Virus record (IMG/VR): IMGVR_UViG_3300030060_005339
Coordinates: 1 to 59,134 of that record
Source: a virus
Lineage: Duplodnaviria > Caudoviricetes
Length of the DNA: 59,134 bases
Direction: 5' to 3' (one strand)
Made by a program: the position numbers and the translations under genes. Positions within the stretch are counted from its first letter, which is position 1. Every line of letters begins with the position of its first letter. The notes below the pieces were generated by a model that was given only the letters and a program-made list of their open reading frames with translations, did not search any database and had not been told where the DNA came from. This document shows positions 25,887 through 36,700 of the stretch, in pieces.

Positions 25887-27764
25887 ATGGCACTAGAAAA
25901 ATTTATACTTCGACCAGGAATCAATCGAGAAGGAACCGACTATTCCAATGACGGAGGATGGTTTGACGCTAATCTTGTAAGATTTCGTAAAGGACTACCA
26001 GAAAAAATTGGAGGCTGGGCTAAAGCTACGACCAATACTTTTTTAGGAACCGCCAGAGGTTTACACGCTTGGGTAGATTTATCTCTTAGTAAATTTTTAG
26101 GAGTCGGAACTACTTTTAAATACTACATAAGAGAGGGACAAAACTTTTATGACATTACACCATTAAGAGTTACTACTACTGCAGGGGACGTTACTTTTTC
26201 AGCTACAAATGGCAGCTCTACCATTACTGTAACTGACACAAGCCACGGAGCAGCAACTAACGACTTTGTTACATTTAGCGGTGCCTCTAGTTTAGGTGGC
26301 AATATAACCGCTGCTGTTTTAAATCAAGAACATCAAATTACTTCAGTTCCTTCTGCTAATACTTACACATTTGAAGCAAAAGACACATCAGGAGCTACCG
26401 TTACAGCAAACTCCAGCGATAGCGGTAATGGTGGTAGCTCTGTAGTTGGAGCATATCAAATAAACGTAGGCTTAGATGTCTATGTGCAATCTACTGGTTG
26501 GGGAGCAGGTCTTTGGGGAGCAGGCACTTGGGGATCTTCTACGGCAATTACAGCTAGTAACCAATTAAGATTATGGTCACACGATAATTTTGGAGAAGAT
26601 CTAGTAATAAATCCTAGAGCAGGAGGCGTATTTTATTACGACACCAGTGCTGGAACTTTAGGCACAACGAGAGCTACAGCATTAAGTGATTTAGCAGGAG
26701 CAAACTTAGCACCTACAGTAGCGTTACAAGTCTTAGTTAGTGACATAGACAGACACGTTATTTGTTTTGGAGCTGATCCAATATCAGGTAGCTCGCGCAC
26801 AGGCACGTTAGATCCAATGTTAATAGCCTTTAGTGATCAAGAAAATGTAACAGAGTGGGAACCGTTGTCTACAAACACTGCAGGGTCTTTAAGATTATCT
26901 GCAGGATCATCGATTGTAGGAGCTATTAGAGCAAGACAAGAAACTTTAGTCTGGACGGATACTTCTCTTTATTCTATGACATTTGTAGGCCAACCATTTA
27001 CTTTTGGTGTTAACCTAGTGAATGAAGGTGTTGGTTTGATTTCTCCCAACGCAGCTATTAATTCTCCTAAAGGTATTTTTTGGATGGATAAAAAAGGTTT
27101 TTATAATTATAACGGACAAGTACAAGACGTTCCTTGTAGTGTACAAAACTATGTGTTCAGCGATTTTAATGAAGGACAGTCCTTTCAAACGTTTGGATTT
27201 TTAAATAAACAGTTTGATGAAGTAGGATGGTTTTACTGTTCTGGTGACACCACTACCATAGATAGATATGTTGTCTACAACTATGAAGAACAAGTCTGGA
27301 GCATAGGACAACTTAATAGAAGTGCATGGGTAGATGAAGGCATATTTGATAATCCAATGGCTACTTCATCAGGGTATCTGTATAACCATGAAACAGGTAA
27401 CGATGATGACGGTTCGCCAATGGACAATGTGTTTATAGAGTCTAGTGACTTTGCATTAGGTAACGGAGATCAGTTTCAATCAATAAACAGGATTATACCT
27501 GATGTTAAATTTACAGGAGACGGAGGCACAGGGCAGACAATAAATTTTGTTTTGAAACAAAGAGACTTTCCAGGAGACAGTCTTGTTACTGAAACTACAA
27601 GCACTTGCACTTCTTCCACAACTAAAATAGATACAAGACTTAGAGCAAGACAGGCCGTGCTTAGAATAGAATCAGACGATGATAATAGTGAAGGAGCTCG
27701 TCTTGGTGTGGGTTTTAGGGTGGGTGCTACACGCATGGATTTAAAACCAAATGGCAGAAGATAG
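25887..27764 (+). CDS. Tail nozzle / DNA stabilisation protein (tubular B-like)
   Basis: PGINRE...VRFRKGLPEKIGGW...FSDQE...NTAGSLRL; beta-rich; position before ejection proteins. Confidence 0.7.
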   Translation: MALEKFILRPGINREGTDYSNDGGWFDANLVRFRKGLPEKIGGWAKATTNTFLGTARGLHAWVDLSLSKFLGVGTTFKYYIREGQNFYDITPLRVTTTAGDVTFSATNGSSTITVTDTSHGAATNDFVTFSGASSLGGNITAAVLNQEHQITSVPSANTYTFEAKDTSGATVTANSSDSGNGGSSVVGAYQINVGLDVYVQSTGWGAGLWGAGTWGSSTAITASNQLRLWSHDNFGEDLVINPRAGGVFYYDTSAGTLGTTRATALSDLAGANLAPTVALQVLVSDIDRHVICFGADPISGSSRTGTLDPMLIAFSDQENVTEWEPLSTNTAGSLRLSAGSSIVGAIRARQETLVWTDTSLYSMTFVGQPFTFGVNLVNEGVGLISPNAAINSPKGIFWMDKKGFYNYNGQVQDVPCSVQNYVFSDFNEGQSFQTFGFLNKQFDEVGWFYCSGDTTTIDRYVVYNYEEQVWSIGQLNRSAWVDEGIFDNPMATSSGYLYNHETGNDDDGSPMDNVFIESSDFALGNGDQFQSINRIIPDVKFTGDGGTGQTINFVLKQRDFPGDSLVTETTSTCTSSTTKIDTRLRARQAVLRIESDDDNSEGARLGVGFRVGATRMDLKPNGRR

Positions 27765-28087
27765 TGGCTAAACTGTTAGAAACAAAATTACCCATAGCCA
27801 TAGGAGACATATCTCCTGAAACTTTTAACAGGCTTGTAAGAGTCCTGGAGCTTTCTTTAAATAAAGTAGACATCGACTCTACTTTGTCTGTAAATGAAAC
27901 TCAACGTAACGCAAATAAATTTCAACAAGGCGATATTATTTGGAACTTGACTGCACAAGAACTGCAACTATGGAATGGTGAACAATGGATAAGTTTATAC
28001 GAGCGAAGAGAATTTGGCGTAGAGGCTGTAACTTCCTTGGGCAAAGTTACGGTATCTACGAACGGAGCGACCTCAATACAAATATAA
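27764..28087 (+). CDS. Putative tail accessory protein
   Basis: 107-aa coupled ORF, GDIIWN motif. Confidence 0.7.
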   Translation: MAKLLETKLPIAIGDISPETFNRLVRVLELSLNKVDIDSTLSVNETQRNANKFQQGDIIWNLTAQELQLWNGEQWISLYERREFGVEAVTSLGKVTVSTNGATSIQI

Positions 28088-28527
28088 TGGACAGAGAACA
28101 ATTATTAAAGGAACTTATGTTAGACGAAGGTGTTATTCATGAGATTTATAGGGATCATCTTGGATACCCTACTTTTGGTGTAGGGCATTTGATAACAGAA
28201 AAAGACAAAGAATGGGGCCTCAAGATGGGTACGCCTATATCAAAAGAAAGAGTTAAAGAATGTTTAGAGCAAGATGTAGAAATAGTTTGCTCGGAGCTAG
28301 ACAAGAATATGAAATGGTGGAGAGAGCTTAGCGATGCGAGACAACGTGTCATGGCTAATATGTGTTTTAATCTAGGTTATCCTAGACTTAGTAAATTTAA
28401 AAACTATCTTGCAGCTGTACAAGAACAAGATTGGGAAACAGCAGCCAAAGAAATGTTGGATAGTAAGTGGGCTAGACAAGTAGGAGATCGAGCAGTAAGA
28501 CTACAAACGATGATGTTAGATGGTTAA
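28087..28527 (+). CDS. T4-like lysozyme (GH24)
   Basis: DEG...YRDHLGYPTFGVGHL...NMCFNLG...EMLDSKWARQVGDRA; probable ATG at 28087. Confidence 0.92.
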   Translation: MDREQLLKELMLDEGVIHEIYRDHLGYPTFGVGHLITEKDKEWGLKMGTPISKERVKECLEQDVEIVCSELDKNMKWWRELSDARQRVMANMCFNLGYPRLSKFKNYLAAVQEQDWETAAKEMLDSKWARQVGDRAVRLQTMMLDG

Positions 28528-28587
28528 AAGAACTAAAAAGAAAAAGAAAAATGTGTCAAACTATAAGAAAAGATTAAGGAGACCATA

Positions 28588-28809
28588 ATGAGTCTTTACG
28601 AAAATATACATAAGAAAAGAAAGTCAGGACGAAAAATGAGAAAGAAAGGTGCTAAAGGCGCGCCAAGTGCTCAAGATTTTGCCAATGCAGCAAAGACAGC
28701 CACAAAAATGCAAAGTGGCGGTGTGTTTATGCCAGGCAAGACAATGGTACAAAGTAAAGGTTGCGGTGCAGTATCAAACGGTCGCAGGAAAAAAACTAAA
28801 TTATCATAG
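28588..28809 (+). CDS. Small basic protein
   Basis: LYENIHKKRK...KGAPSAQDF...MQSGG...KGCGAV. Confidence 0.75.
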   Translation: MSLYENIHKKRKSGRKMRKKGAKGAPSAQDFANAAKTATKMQSGGVFMPGKTMVQSKGCGAVSNGRRKKTKLS

Positions 28810-28818
28810 GAGAAAATA

Positions 28819-28932
28819 ATGGCAAAAAGAAGATTGTCCCCTAAGCAAAAAAAGATAGCTAAAGTAGCTAAGCCTCGTAATAGAATTACAGGAGCAGATT
28901 TTCAAAAACTAAAAAGAAGAAAGAAAAAATAA
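28819..28932 (+). CDS. Tiny K/R-rich peptide (37 aa, MAKRRLSPKQKKIAK...ITGADF)
   Basis: Translated by hand; AGGAG RBS; TAATG coupling. Confidence 0.7.
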   Translation: MAKRRLSPKQKKIAKVAKPRNRITGADFQKLKRRKKK

Positions 28933-29120
28933 TGGCTACAAGAACTTCAAAAAAGAAATCCGCTAGAAAATCAAAGAAGAGCGGTGCTAAACCTACTAAT
29001 CCAGCTTTATACTCAAGAGTAAAAGCTGAGGCTAAAAAGAAGTTTAAGGTCTATCCTTCTGCGTATGCTAATGGCTGGTTAGTGCGTACGTATAAGAAAC
29101 GCGGAGGTAAGTACGCATAA
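28932..29120 (+). CDS. Small basic protein (KVYPSAYANGWLV)
   Basis: 62-aa coupled ORF. Confidence 0.8.
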   Translation: MATRTSKKKSARKSKKSGAKPTNPALYSRVKAEAKKKFKVYPSAYANGWLVRTYKKRGGKYA

Positions 29121-29455
29121 TGGCTAAGCCTAAAGGCGGACTAACCGCATGGTTTGGAAAGGGACCTAAAGGCGATTGGGTGGACATAGGTGCGCCCAAG
29201 AAAAAAGGTAAGTTCCAAGCATGTGGTAGGAAGTCTGCTAAAGGCAGTAAACGTAAGTACCCTAAATGTGTACCGAGATCTAAAGCTAAAAGCATGACAG
29301 CAGCGCAAAGAAAAAGCGCAGTAAAAAGAAAGAGAGCAGCGGGCAATCCAGGAGGAAAACCTACTAATGTTCGCACCATAGTAAAGAAGAAAAAACCTGT
29401 AACTAAAAGAAGAACAGCAACTAGGAAAAGAAGACGTGGCACGAAAAAAAGCTAA
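29120..29455 (+). CDS. Small basic protein (GLTAWF...WVDI...CGR...YPKCVP)
   Basis: 111-aa coupled ORF. Confidence 0.8.
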   Translation: MAKPKGGLTAWFGKGPKGDWVDIGAPKKKGKFQACGRKSAKGSKRKYPKCVPRSKAKSMTAAQRKSAVKRKRAAGNPGGKPTNVRTIVKKKKPVTKRRTATRKRRRGTKKS

Positions 29456-29732
29456 ACCAATACGCAGAACCACTGGTAAAGGCGGTAACTACCGTCCTAC
29501 CAAGAAAGGTGCAGGCATGACTAAGAAAGGTGTAAGAGCCTATAGGAAAGCCAACCCTGGATCAAAGTTAAAAACTGCTGTAACAGGTAAAGTTAAAAAA
29601 GGTAGCAAGGCAGCTAAAAGACGTAAATCTTATTGCGCAAGATCATTAGGTCAATTAAAGAGAAGCTCTGCTAAAACTAGAAATAACCCTAATTCAAGAA
29701 TTAGGCAAGCGCGCAGAAGGTGGAAGTGTTAA
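29436..29732 (+). CDS. Small basic protein (RRKSYCAR...RRRWKC)
   Basis: 98-aa ORF, very K/R-rich. Confidence 0.8.
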   Translation: MARKKAKPIRRTTGKGGNYRPTKKGAGMTKKGVRAYRKANPGSKLKTAVTGKVKKGSKAAKRRKSYCARSLGQLKRSSAKTRNNPNSRIRQARRRWKC

Positions 29733-30211
29733 TGAAACTAGGTATATTAAAAAATCTTGTAGGAACAGTAGCACCAACCATAGGAACAGCACTAGGCGGT
29801 CCTATGGGTGGTATGGCTGCAAACATGATTTCAGAAGTATTAGGATGTGATCCTGAGCCAAAGAAAATACAAAAGGCCATGGAAACAGCTAGTCCTGAGC
29901 AACTGGCACAATTAAAGAAAGTAGAAGCTGACTTTGAAGTGCAAATGAAAAAACTGGACATAGACTTGTTTGCATTGGAAACAGCAGATGTACAAGACGC
30001 TAGAGGAAAGTTTAGCAAAGATTGGACAGCTAGAATTATAGGAATACTGGTTGTTGGTGGGTTTATGGGGTACATATTCCTAGTAACTTTACAGCCTCCA
30101 GAACAAAACTCAGAAGCATTGATAAACCTTGTATTAGGCTACCTTGGTGGCTTAGCAAGTGCTATTATATCTTTTTACTTTGGGGCATCGAACAAACAAG
30201 ACAACGAATAG
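29732..30211 (+). CDS. Putative holin / membrane protein
   Basis: APTIGTALGGP N-terminus and two C-terminal TM helices ending ISFYFG; probable ATG at 29732. Confidence 0.65.
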   Translation: MKLGILKNLVGTVAPTIGTALGGPMGGMAANMISEVLGCDPEPKKIQKAMETASPEQLAQLKKVEADFEVQMKKLDIDLFALETADVQDARGKFSKDWTARIIGILVVGGFMGYIFLVTLQPPEQNSEALINLVLGYLGGLASAIISFYFGASNKQDNE

Positions 30212-30236
30212 AAAAAACGATAATATAGAGGGCATT

Positions 30237-31130
30237 ATGGCAGTAGATTTTAGTTTTTTAGATAATCTTTTTACAGACGAAGATACGACTGATTATACAC
30301 CTGTAGACTTGTTTGATGAAGCTGGCAACTATAATCCTGCTATCGAGGATTATTTAGATAACATTTCAACAGGCTATGATCTAGACTATTCCTATGATCC
30401 TAGTAACTATGGCATAGGTTCTTTTGACATTGGTGATTTTCTAGACATAGATTCTTATATTGACAACAACCCTGTTTTTGATGATGCAGGGAATTATACG
30501 GGTCTTTTCCAGGAATACACAGGTCCAGGCACTGTTGAAGAACAAGTAGCTAATTTTACAGATAATTTTATAAGTAACATGGATCCTTCAGCCTATGATG
30601 AAACTTTACAAGAGCTTTATCCTGGTTTGTATCCAACAGTTGATTTAACTCCTACTGCGCAAGAACCTGGCCTTCTGGATACTCTTTTAGGTTTTTTTGG
30701 TGCGGACAGAAAAGGAGGTAAAAGCAGAGCTCAAGGAATTATGCAAGGAGTTACAGGAGGAATCACAGACTTTGCTAACTCCCCTATAGGACAATTACTT
30801 TTATATAACTACTTAAAAGAACAAAGAAAAGATGATATAAGAGTTCCGATTGGAGCAGAAGCTTATGGCGATCAAGGACTAGGCAGTATGCCTGACTACA
30901 GGGTATTTAATATACAACCCGCACTAATGCCAGGTGTAGGCTACGCTAACGCTCCTCCACCAGAAATGAAACACGGTGGTATGCACGGTGCTGGCAAAGA
31001 CGATGGTCCTGGAGACATTACTCTAGCAAGATTAGAACCAGGTGAATTTGTCATGACAAGAAAAGCTACTGATAACATTGGTGCTAAAAATCTATACAAT
31101 TTAATGAAACAAGCAGAGAGGATGGGATAA
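30237..31130 (+). CDS. Putative internal virion / ejection protein
   Basis: Acidic N-terminus; C-terminal MKHGG...GPGDITLARLEPGEFVMT; probable ATG at 30237. Confidence 0.65.
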   Translation: MAVDFSFLDNLFTDEDTTDYTPVDLFDEAGNYNPAIEDYLDNISTGYDLDYSYDPSNYGIGSFDIGDFLDIDSYIDNNPVFDDAGNYTGLFQEYTGPGTVEEQVANFTDNFISNMDPSAYDETLQELYPGLYPTVDLTPTAQEPGLLDTLLGFFGADRKGGKSRAQGIMQGVTGGITDFANSPIGQLLLYNYLKEQRKDDIRVPIGAEAYGDQGLGSMPDYRVFNIQPALMPGVGYANAPPPEMKHGGMHGAGKDDGPGDITLARLEPGEFVMTRKATDNIGAKNLYNLMKQAERMG

Positions 31131-32335
31131 TGTCAGTTAATCCAAGTTTTTTTAGTGGAACAGCAGTAGGAGGTGGACCTACAACTACTGGTAGATATGA
31201 AGAGCCGTATGCTCAGGCCATGCGTCGTGGATTTTTGGAATCCTCATTCGGTTTAGCACAAACACCAACACCAGTTCCTGTTAAACAAGTAGCAGGACTT
31301 GATCCGTACGAGAGGCAGGCCAGAGCATTAGCTGGCGGCCTTGGTGGGTTTACACCATACATACAACAAGGCGGACAGATGATGCAAGAAGGCTTAGGCG
31401 TTGCACGTCAAGGACAAGGAGCTTTGGCTGGAGCACAAGACATGTATGGTCAAGGCACAGAATTAGTAGGACAAGGCACAGGACTATACGGATTAGGCAC
31501 ACAGTTAACTGGGCAAGCTTCTGATTACTTTAGGCCAGGAGCTGCTAGTGCTTTTTACAATCCTTACGAACAAGATGTTGTACAACAAACATTAAGAGAC
31601 CTACAAGAACAAAGCGCAAAACAAGGCATTGCTGATAGAACACAAGCTGTAAGCAGAGGAGCGTTTGGAGGTTCTCGTGGCAGATTGATGGAACAAGAAA
31701 GAGAAAGAGCATTTGGCAGAGGCGCAGCGGAAGCTATTGGAGACATTAGAAGAAAAGGTTTTGAAGGTGCAAGAAGTGCTGCAATGACAGCAGGTCAAGG
31801 ACTAGGACGACTAGGCGGCCAACTTGGAACATTTGGTTCAGGGCTAGGAAACTTAGGCGGACAACTTGGGCAGTTTGGTTCTGGTCTATCCAACGTAGCT
31901 GGGCAATATGGTAATTTAGGAAGAGACATTGGACAATTTGGAACTGGTTTTGCTGGTCTTGGAACTACTGGTCAAAGTAATCTGCTAAGACAAATTAACG
32001 CTCTTGAAGGATTAGGCAGAACAGGCAGAGGCATACAAGATCAAATGTACGGAGCTCAGTTTGATGCAGCTGATAGACTAGCCTTAGAACCCAGACAACG
32101 TTTAGCTGGCTTACAAAGTGCATTATCATTATTGCCAAAAACTTATGCTACCACTACGTTTAATCCTATAGCCAATACTTATGATCCTATGAGAGGTATT
32201 ATGGATCTTCTTGGCGGAGGCAACATAAACCTACCAGGCGTAGATCAAACACCTGTTTCTACACAACCTGCTAGACAACCTAATCAACTTGAACAGTTAG
32301 CGCAAATTCTTCAATTATTCGGAGGCTTAGGTTAA
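31130..32335 (+). CDS. Putative internal virion / DNA ejection protein
   Basis: G/Q-rich; NPYEQDVVQ...GAFGGSR motif typical of podovirus ejection proteins. Confidence 0.7.
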   Translation: MSVNPSFFSGTAVGGGPTTTGRYEEPYAQAMRRGFLESSFGLAQTPTPVPVKQVAGLDPYERQARALAGGLGGFTPYIQQGGQMMQEGLGVARQGQGALAGAQDMYGQGTELVGQGTGLYGLGTQLTGQASDYFRPGAASAFYNPYEQDVVQQTLRDLQEQSAKQGIADRTQAVSRGAFGGSRGRLMEQERERAFGRGAAEAIGDIRRKGFEGARSAAMTAGQGLGRLGGQLGTFGSGLGNLGGQLGQFGSGLSNVAGQYGNLGRDIGQFGTGFAGLGTTGQSNLLRQINALEGLGRTGRGIQDQMYGAQFDAADRLALEPRQRLAGLQSALSLLPKTYATTTFNPIANTYDPMRGIMDLLGGGNINLPGVDQTPVSTQPARQPNQLEQLAQILQLFGGLG

Positions 32336-33753
32336 TGCACGAGCAGTGGAAAAAAAGAAAGATGTTCTCTAATAGAGAGCAAGGTATTATGTCTGGCCTT
32401 GATCCTGTACCCATGGTACAAGGTGGCTACGTGCCTTACCCTGGTATCGACTTTGGTATCGAAGTGCCTTACCCTGGTATCGACATGGGAGGCATAGTAC
32501 CTCCACATACACATCCAGAATATGTAAGGCGCGCAGAAGGTAAAGATCTGGGTCCAAACGCTCTTTTGCTCGGCGGTCCTAAAATGCAAACAGGCGGTGT
32601 CGTCCCTCAACCACAGTTATTCGAAGAAGGTGATGCCGAAGTTAACGATGCACTAAATAGTCTGGCCAGCATTACTAAACCAGATGTCCCTGATATGCCA
32701 ATACCTATGATGGACGAGAAGGTAGAGGTCAAAGAAGAAGTAACGGAGGACCAAGGACCTGATGGTTACAGAAAAGCTGTGGACGAATTAAAAGTTAATT
32801 TTAGAGAAGAAATAAAAAGTTATGTAGCCAAAAGTGGCGGAGAAGATTTAGAAACCTATTTAAAAAATATGGGAAGACTTTACCGAAGTAAACTTGCGGA
32901 GCTTAAAGAAAAATACAGAGTTACAGAATATTCACCAGACGAAGAGTTAATATCGAAAGATTTTTTAGAAGAGATTATTCCAGGAATGACGACTGGAACC
33001 TTGGTTTATTCACCAGAAGAAATAGCGAAAGCTAAAGAGATAGTGGATTCTTTAGGAATTAATTTAACACCACAAGAATTTTTAAGTTTACCTGCGGACC
33101 AACAAGAAGATTTTAAAAATGTTTTTCTTGTCCAGAAAGCGCAAATGACTGGAACACCTACAAGTGCAACACTTGATACTACTAATCTAACAAATCTTTT
33201 AAAAGAAAGAAGAGCGTTAGCAGGAGAGGCAGGAAGAGCAGCTCGCGCAAACGTAGCTACAGTTGGATCTCCTTCTGGCAGATACCTTGCTGGACTAGCT
33301 GCAGGAAGAGCAGCAGAAACAGCAGCGTTGGACAAAGCCTTGGCAGGAGAAATAGATTTAGAAACAGCATTGATTAACGCACAAGCAAGAGCAGGCAGCG
33401 GAACAAATATGCCCAAACTAACTGAATATCAAAGAAATCTTTTGACGGGAAGAGACGATGATGTAAGCGGGTTGGATGATGAATTTTACGAAAAAGCCTA
33501 CACAGATTTATTAAAACCAGATACTTATGGGAAAGTTCGTTCGGCTTCAGATGCTCTGGCTATTTTTGTTTCTTTATACAGAAAAGTACCACCTAGTAGA
33601 GCTGCAGAGTTTCTAGGGAAAAAAGATATTGGTGGTGTACCTGTAAGTTTTGAAAACTTTTTAAGTAGTTTGTATCGAACTAAACCTGAACTAACTAGAG
33701 ACGAATTACAACAACAAATTTTAACTTGGTTAAAAGCACCACCAGCTACTTAA
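32335..33753 (+). CDS. Putative internal virion protein
   Basis: RKMF N-terminus, several MxxGG motifs; position among ejection genes. Confidence 0.65.
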   Translation: MHEQWKKRKMFSNREQGIMSGLDPVPMVQGGYVPYPGIDFGIEVPYPGIDMGGIVPPHTHPEYVRRAEGKDLGPNALLLGGPKMQTGGVVPQPQLFEEGDAEVNDALNSLASITKPDVPDMPIPMMDEKVEVKEEVTEDQGPDGYRKAVDELKVNFREEIKSYVAKSGGEDLETYLKNMGRLYRSKLAELKEKYRVTEYSPDEELISKDFLEEIIPGMTTGTLVYSPEEIAKAKEIVDSLGINLTPQEFLSLPADQQEDFKNVFLVQKAQMTGTPTSATLDTTNLTNLLKERRALAGEAGRAARANVATVGSPSGRYLAGLAAGRAAETAALDKALAGEIDLETALINAQARAGSGTNMPKLTEYQRNLLTGRDDDVSGLDDEFYEKAYTDLLKPDTYGKVRSASDALAIFVSLYRKVPPSRAAEFLGKKDIGGVPVSFENFLSSLYRTKPELTRDELQQQILTWLKAPPAT

Positions 33754-33768
33754 ACTTAGGAGAAAATT

Positions 33769-36700
33769 ATGTCCGTTTCTCCAGAAGAATTAACAAAAGA
33801 AGAAGAAGAAAAACTACAAAATTTTTTTAAAAATAGTCTTAATTTATCCGAAGAAGAAGAAACTATTGAACAAACTTCTGTTGAAGAATCGGAACAAAGT
33901 AACTACCCTATTTTAGACGCATTAGAGCAAACGCCAGTAACGTATTCTCCAGCTGGACAAATAGCATTAGGAGCAGCTCGTCTTGGTAAACGTTTGTATG
34001 GAGGCTTTCAAGGCCTTGCAGGATCTTTTCAAAGAACTGGAGCAGTTACTGCAGAGAAGTTAGGGTTTCAAGAACAAGCAAAAAATTTACGTGAAGCATC
34101 AGACTTGAACCGAGAACAAGCAGCTGAGACTGTGTATAAAAATAAATATGGAGACACAGGGCTTGAACAATTTAAAAATCTGGAAGATGAAAATTGGTGG
34201 ATCGATACTATAGGTGCTGTGATACCAGGGTCTATTCCTTTTTTAACAGGAGCAGCAACTGGAGGGTATTCTACATTAAAAATGACAAGAAATCCTTATG
34301 CAGCGTTAGTGGGTGCTATGGGAGGCGGGGCATTAGCTGTATATGCTCAATCTTATGGAGACGCGTATGACGAGTATTTAGAAAAATTTCCTAATGATAT
34401 TGAAGGAGCTTCCGACTATGCTTTTAATGTTTCTGGACTATCTTCTCTTATAAATGCAGCAAGCATACCGCTTAGTTTTATTGGTCTTGGTACAGCTCCC
34501 TTAAAACATTATTTAATACAAGCCATGCTACAAGGAAGTATTGGAAGCACAGATACAACAACACAAAACTATCAAGCTAAAAGTTATGGTGTAGATCCAG
34601 ACAGAGATTTAAGTACAGGACTTGCACCTAGTTTTGTAGGAGAAGCAATAGCCGAAGCACCTATTTTAACAAGCACTGTGCGTAAAGCATCCGAAATAGT
34701 TGAAAGATCACCAGAAGAACAAGCTCAAGAAATTCAAGAACAAGCTGAGGCTGAAAGAGACAATATTGAAGATCAAGCAGAACGAGCAGTTAAATTTAGA
34801 TTAAAAAATATTGCTGAAAAATATGCTGAAAGAAAAGGTTTACCTTACGACAAAGACATAAAAGATCTAGAACGAAATGAACTGTTAGAAATAATAGAAG
34901 AAGAAAAATTAGAAATAAGAACTGTTCCTGAAGAATCATCTGAGTCTCTCTATAATAAAATAGTTGAAAGTATAGAAACTCAAGCTATGCAAGAACGAAT
35001 AAAACATCGTCAAAGAGGTTTAGTAGGTTCTAAACAAACGTTAGATGATTTAGAAAAAGAACAAAAAATGATTTTAGACGAAATGTCTCCTGAACAATTA
35101 GCAGATGAAATAGAAAAAGATTTTGGTTCTCCTGAGGTGTATAGAAGTTGGGCTTTGGACCAAGGAGCTTTAGCTTTTGATCCCGAAGAAAGTTCTTCAA
35201 ATTATGAACAAGACAAAGCTGCTTTAGCAAGAGCCAAAGCTACTGTTTTGTTTGATCGAAGAAGAAAACCTTTATGGGTTGTAGGAAGAGACAAAATTGA
35301 CACTTTAGTTGAAGAGTATAAAAACCAACATACGGTTGAAGAGTTAAGAGAAATGGTATATGAATTTTATACACCAGAAGAACTAACGCTTAGACAAGGA
35401 ACCGATACTCAACGAGCAGGAACGCAATTTGAAGACGCTCCTGCTTTAACTAAAGGAGAGCTTACTGCAGACGAAGCAGCTCTTTTACTAGCTGAACTAC
35501 AAGGAATTATTGATAATCAAAATGAAAAATTAAACTTAACTACGGGAACATCTTTTTTAGGCAAACGAAAAAGTTTTCTTAAAAGAGTGCAGTTCAGCCC
35601 CCAAGAACAAACAGAAAAAGAATTAATATTTAAAGAACATATAGCACCAAATGGAAATGCTTTAACAGCTAAAATTGAAGTGCCTGTTCCAGAAGGAAGT
35701 CAAGAAAAACCCATTGTTATATCTTTTAGACGAAGAGGATTAGATGTAGAAGGAACGTTAGCAGAACAAATGGCCTCTGGAGGAGCTAACTTAGTAGCCG
35801 TAAGAGCAGAAGGAGTTCCAGAAGAAGGTGTTATAGGAAAAACTATTCAAGAACTAAGAGATAGTTTTCCTGAATCCTACATAAAAGAATTTGAAATTCC
35901 TATTAATAGATCTCCTCACGTCAGACAAAACGGAACAGTAGATCGAATACTTGGCATGTATAACCGTATGGCTAGACCTTTAATGTCTACAGGAGCCATG
36001 GTCGGAGGTCGTTACAAACAACTACAAGGCAGACTAAAATCCATGGATCAATTTGCTCAATATATAGGATTAGAAGTGGAAAGAGCTATATTAAAAGCTA
36101 TAGATAAAGGAGAAGTAACTAACAAAGAGGAAGCCGATAAACTATTAATGGCGTTTCTTAGAAAGACAGGAGCTAGAGTTACGCTTACAGAAGAGGATAA
36201 AAGTAAATACAAAAAAGAAATTGAACGTTTAGAAAGAAGTAGATACGACAGCGACAACAGAGGCAACACAGCACGACAAAATCAAATAGAAGACGAAATA
36301 TCTCGTTTAGAAATAGCGCAAGAAGGCATTCAAGAAGAATCTGTTGTTCTTCAGCAATTACCAGAAAGCTTACGTAAAGTAGCTGCAGAAGTTCGCACAG
36401 GAATAGATTCATTGTCACAAAGATTATTAGACGAATTGCCTAGAGGGTTTTTAGACGCAGAACAAAGACAAGTTATTGAAGAAAATTTAAACAGATACGT
36501 CACTAGATCATTTGCTATTTTTGAACCTAAGTTAGGATTTAATCCAGCTTTTATGAAAAAATTTGGCACTTTTTTTGAAAATTCTAAGAAAGCACAAGAA
36601 CTTTATGAACGAGGTGTAGTAGCAATGGAAAGCGAACTTAAAGATAATCTTCCTGATTATGAAGCTCGTGTTATAAGAGAAAATAGAACTGCTACTCCAG

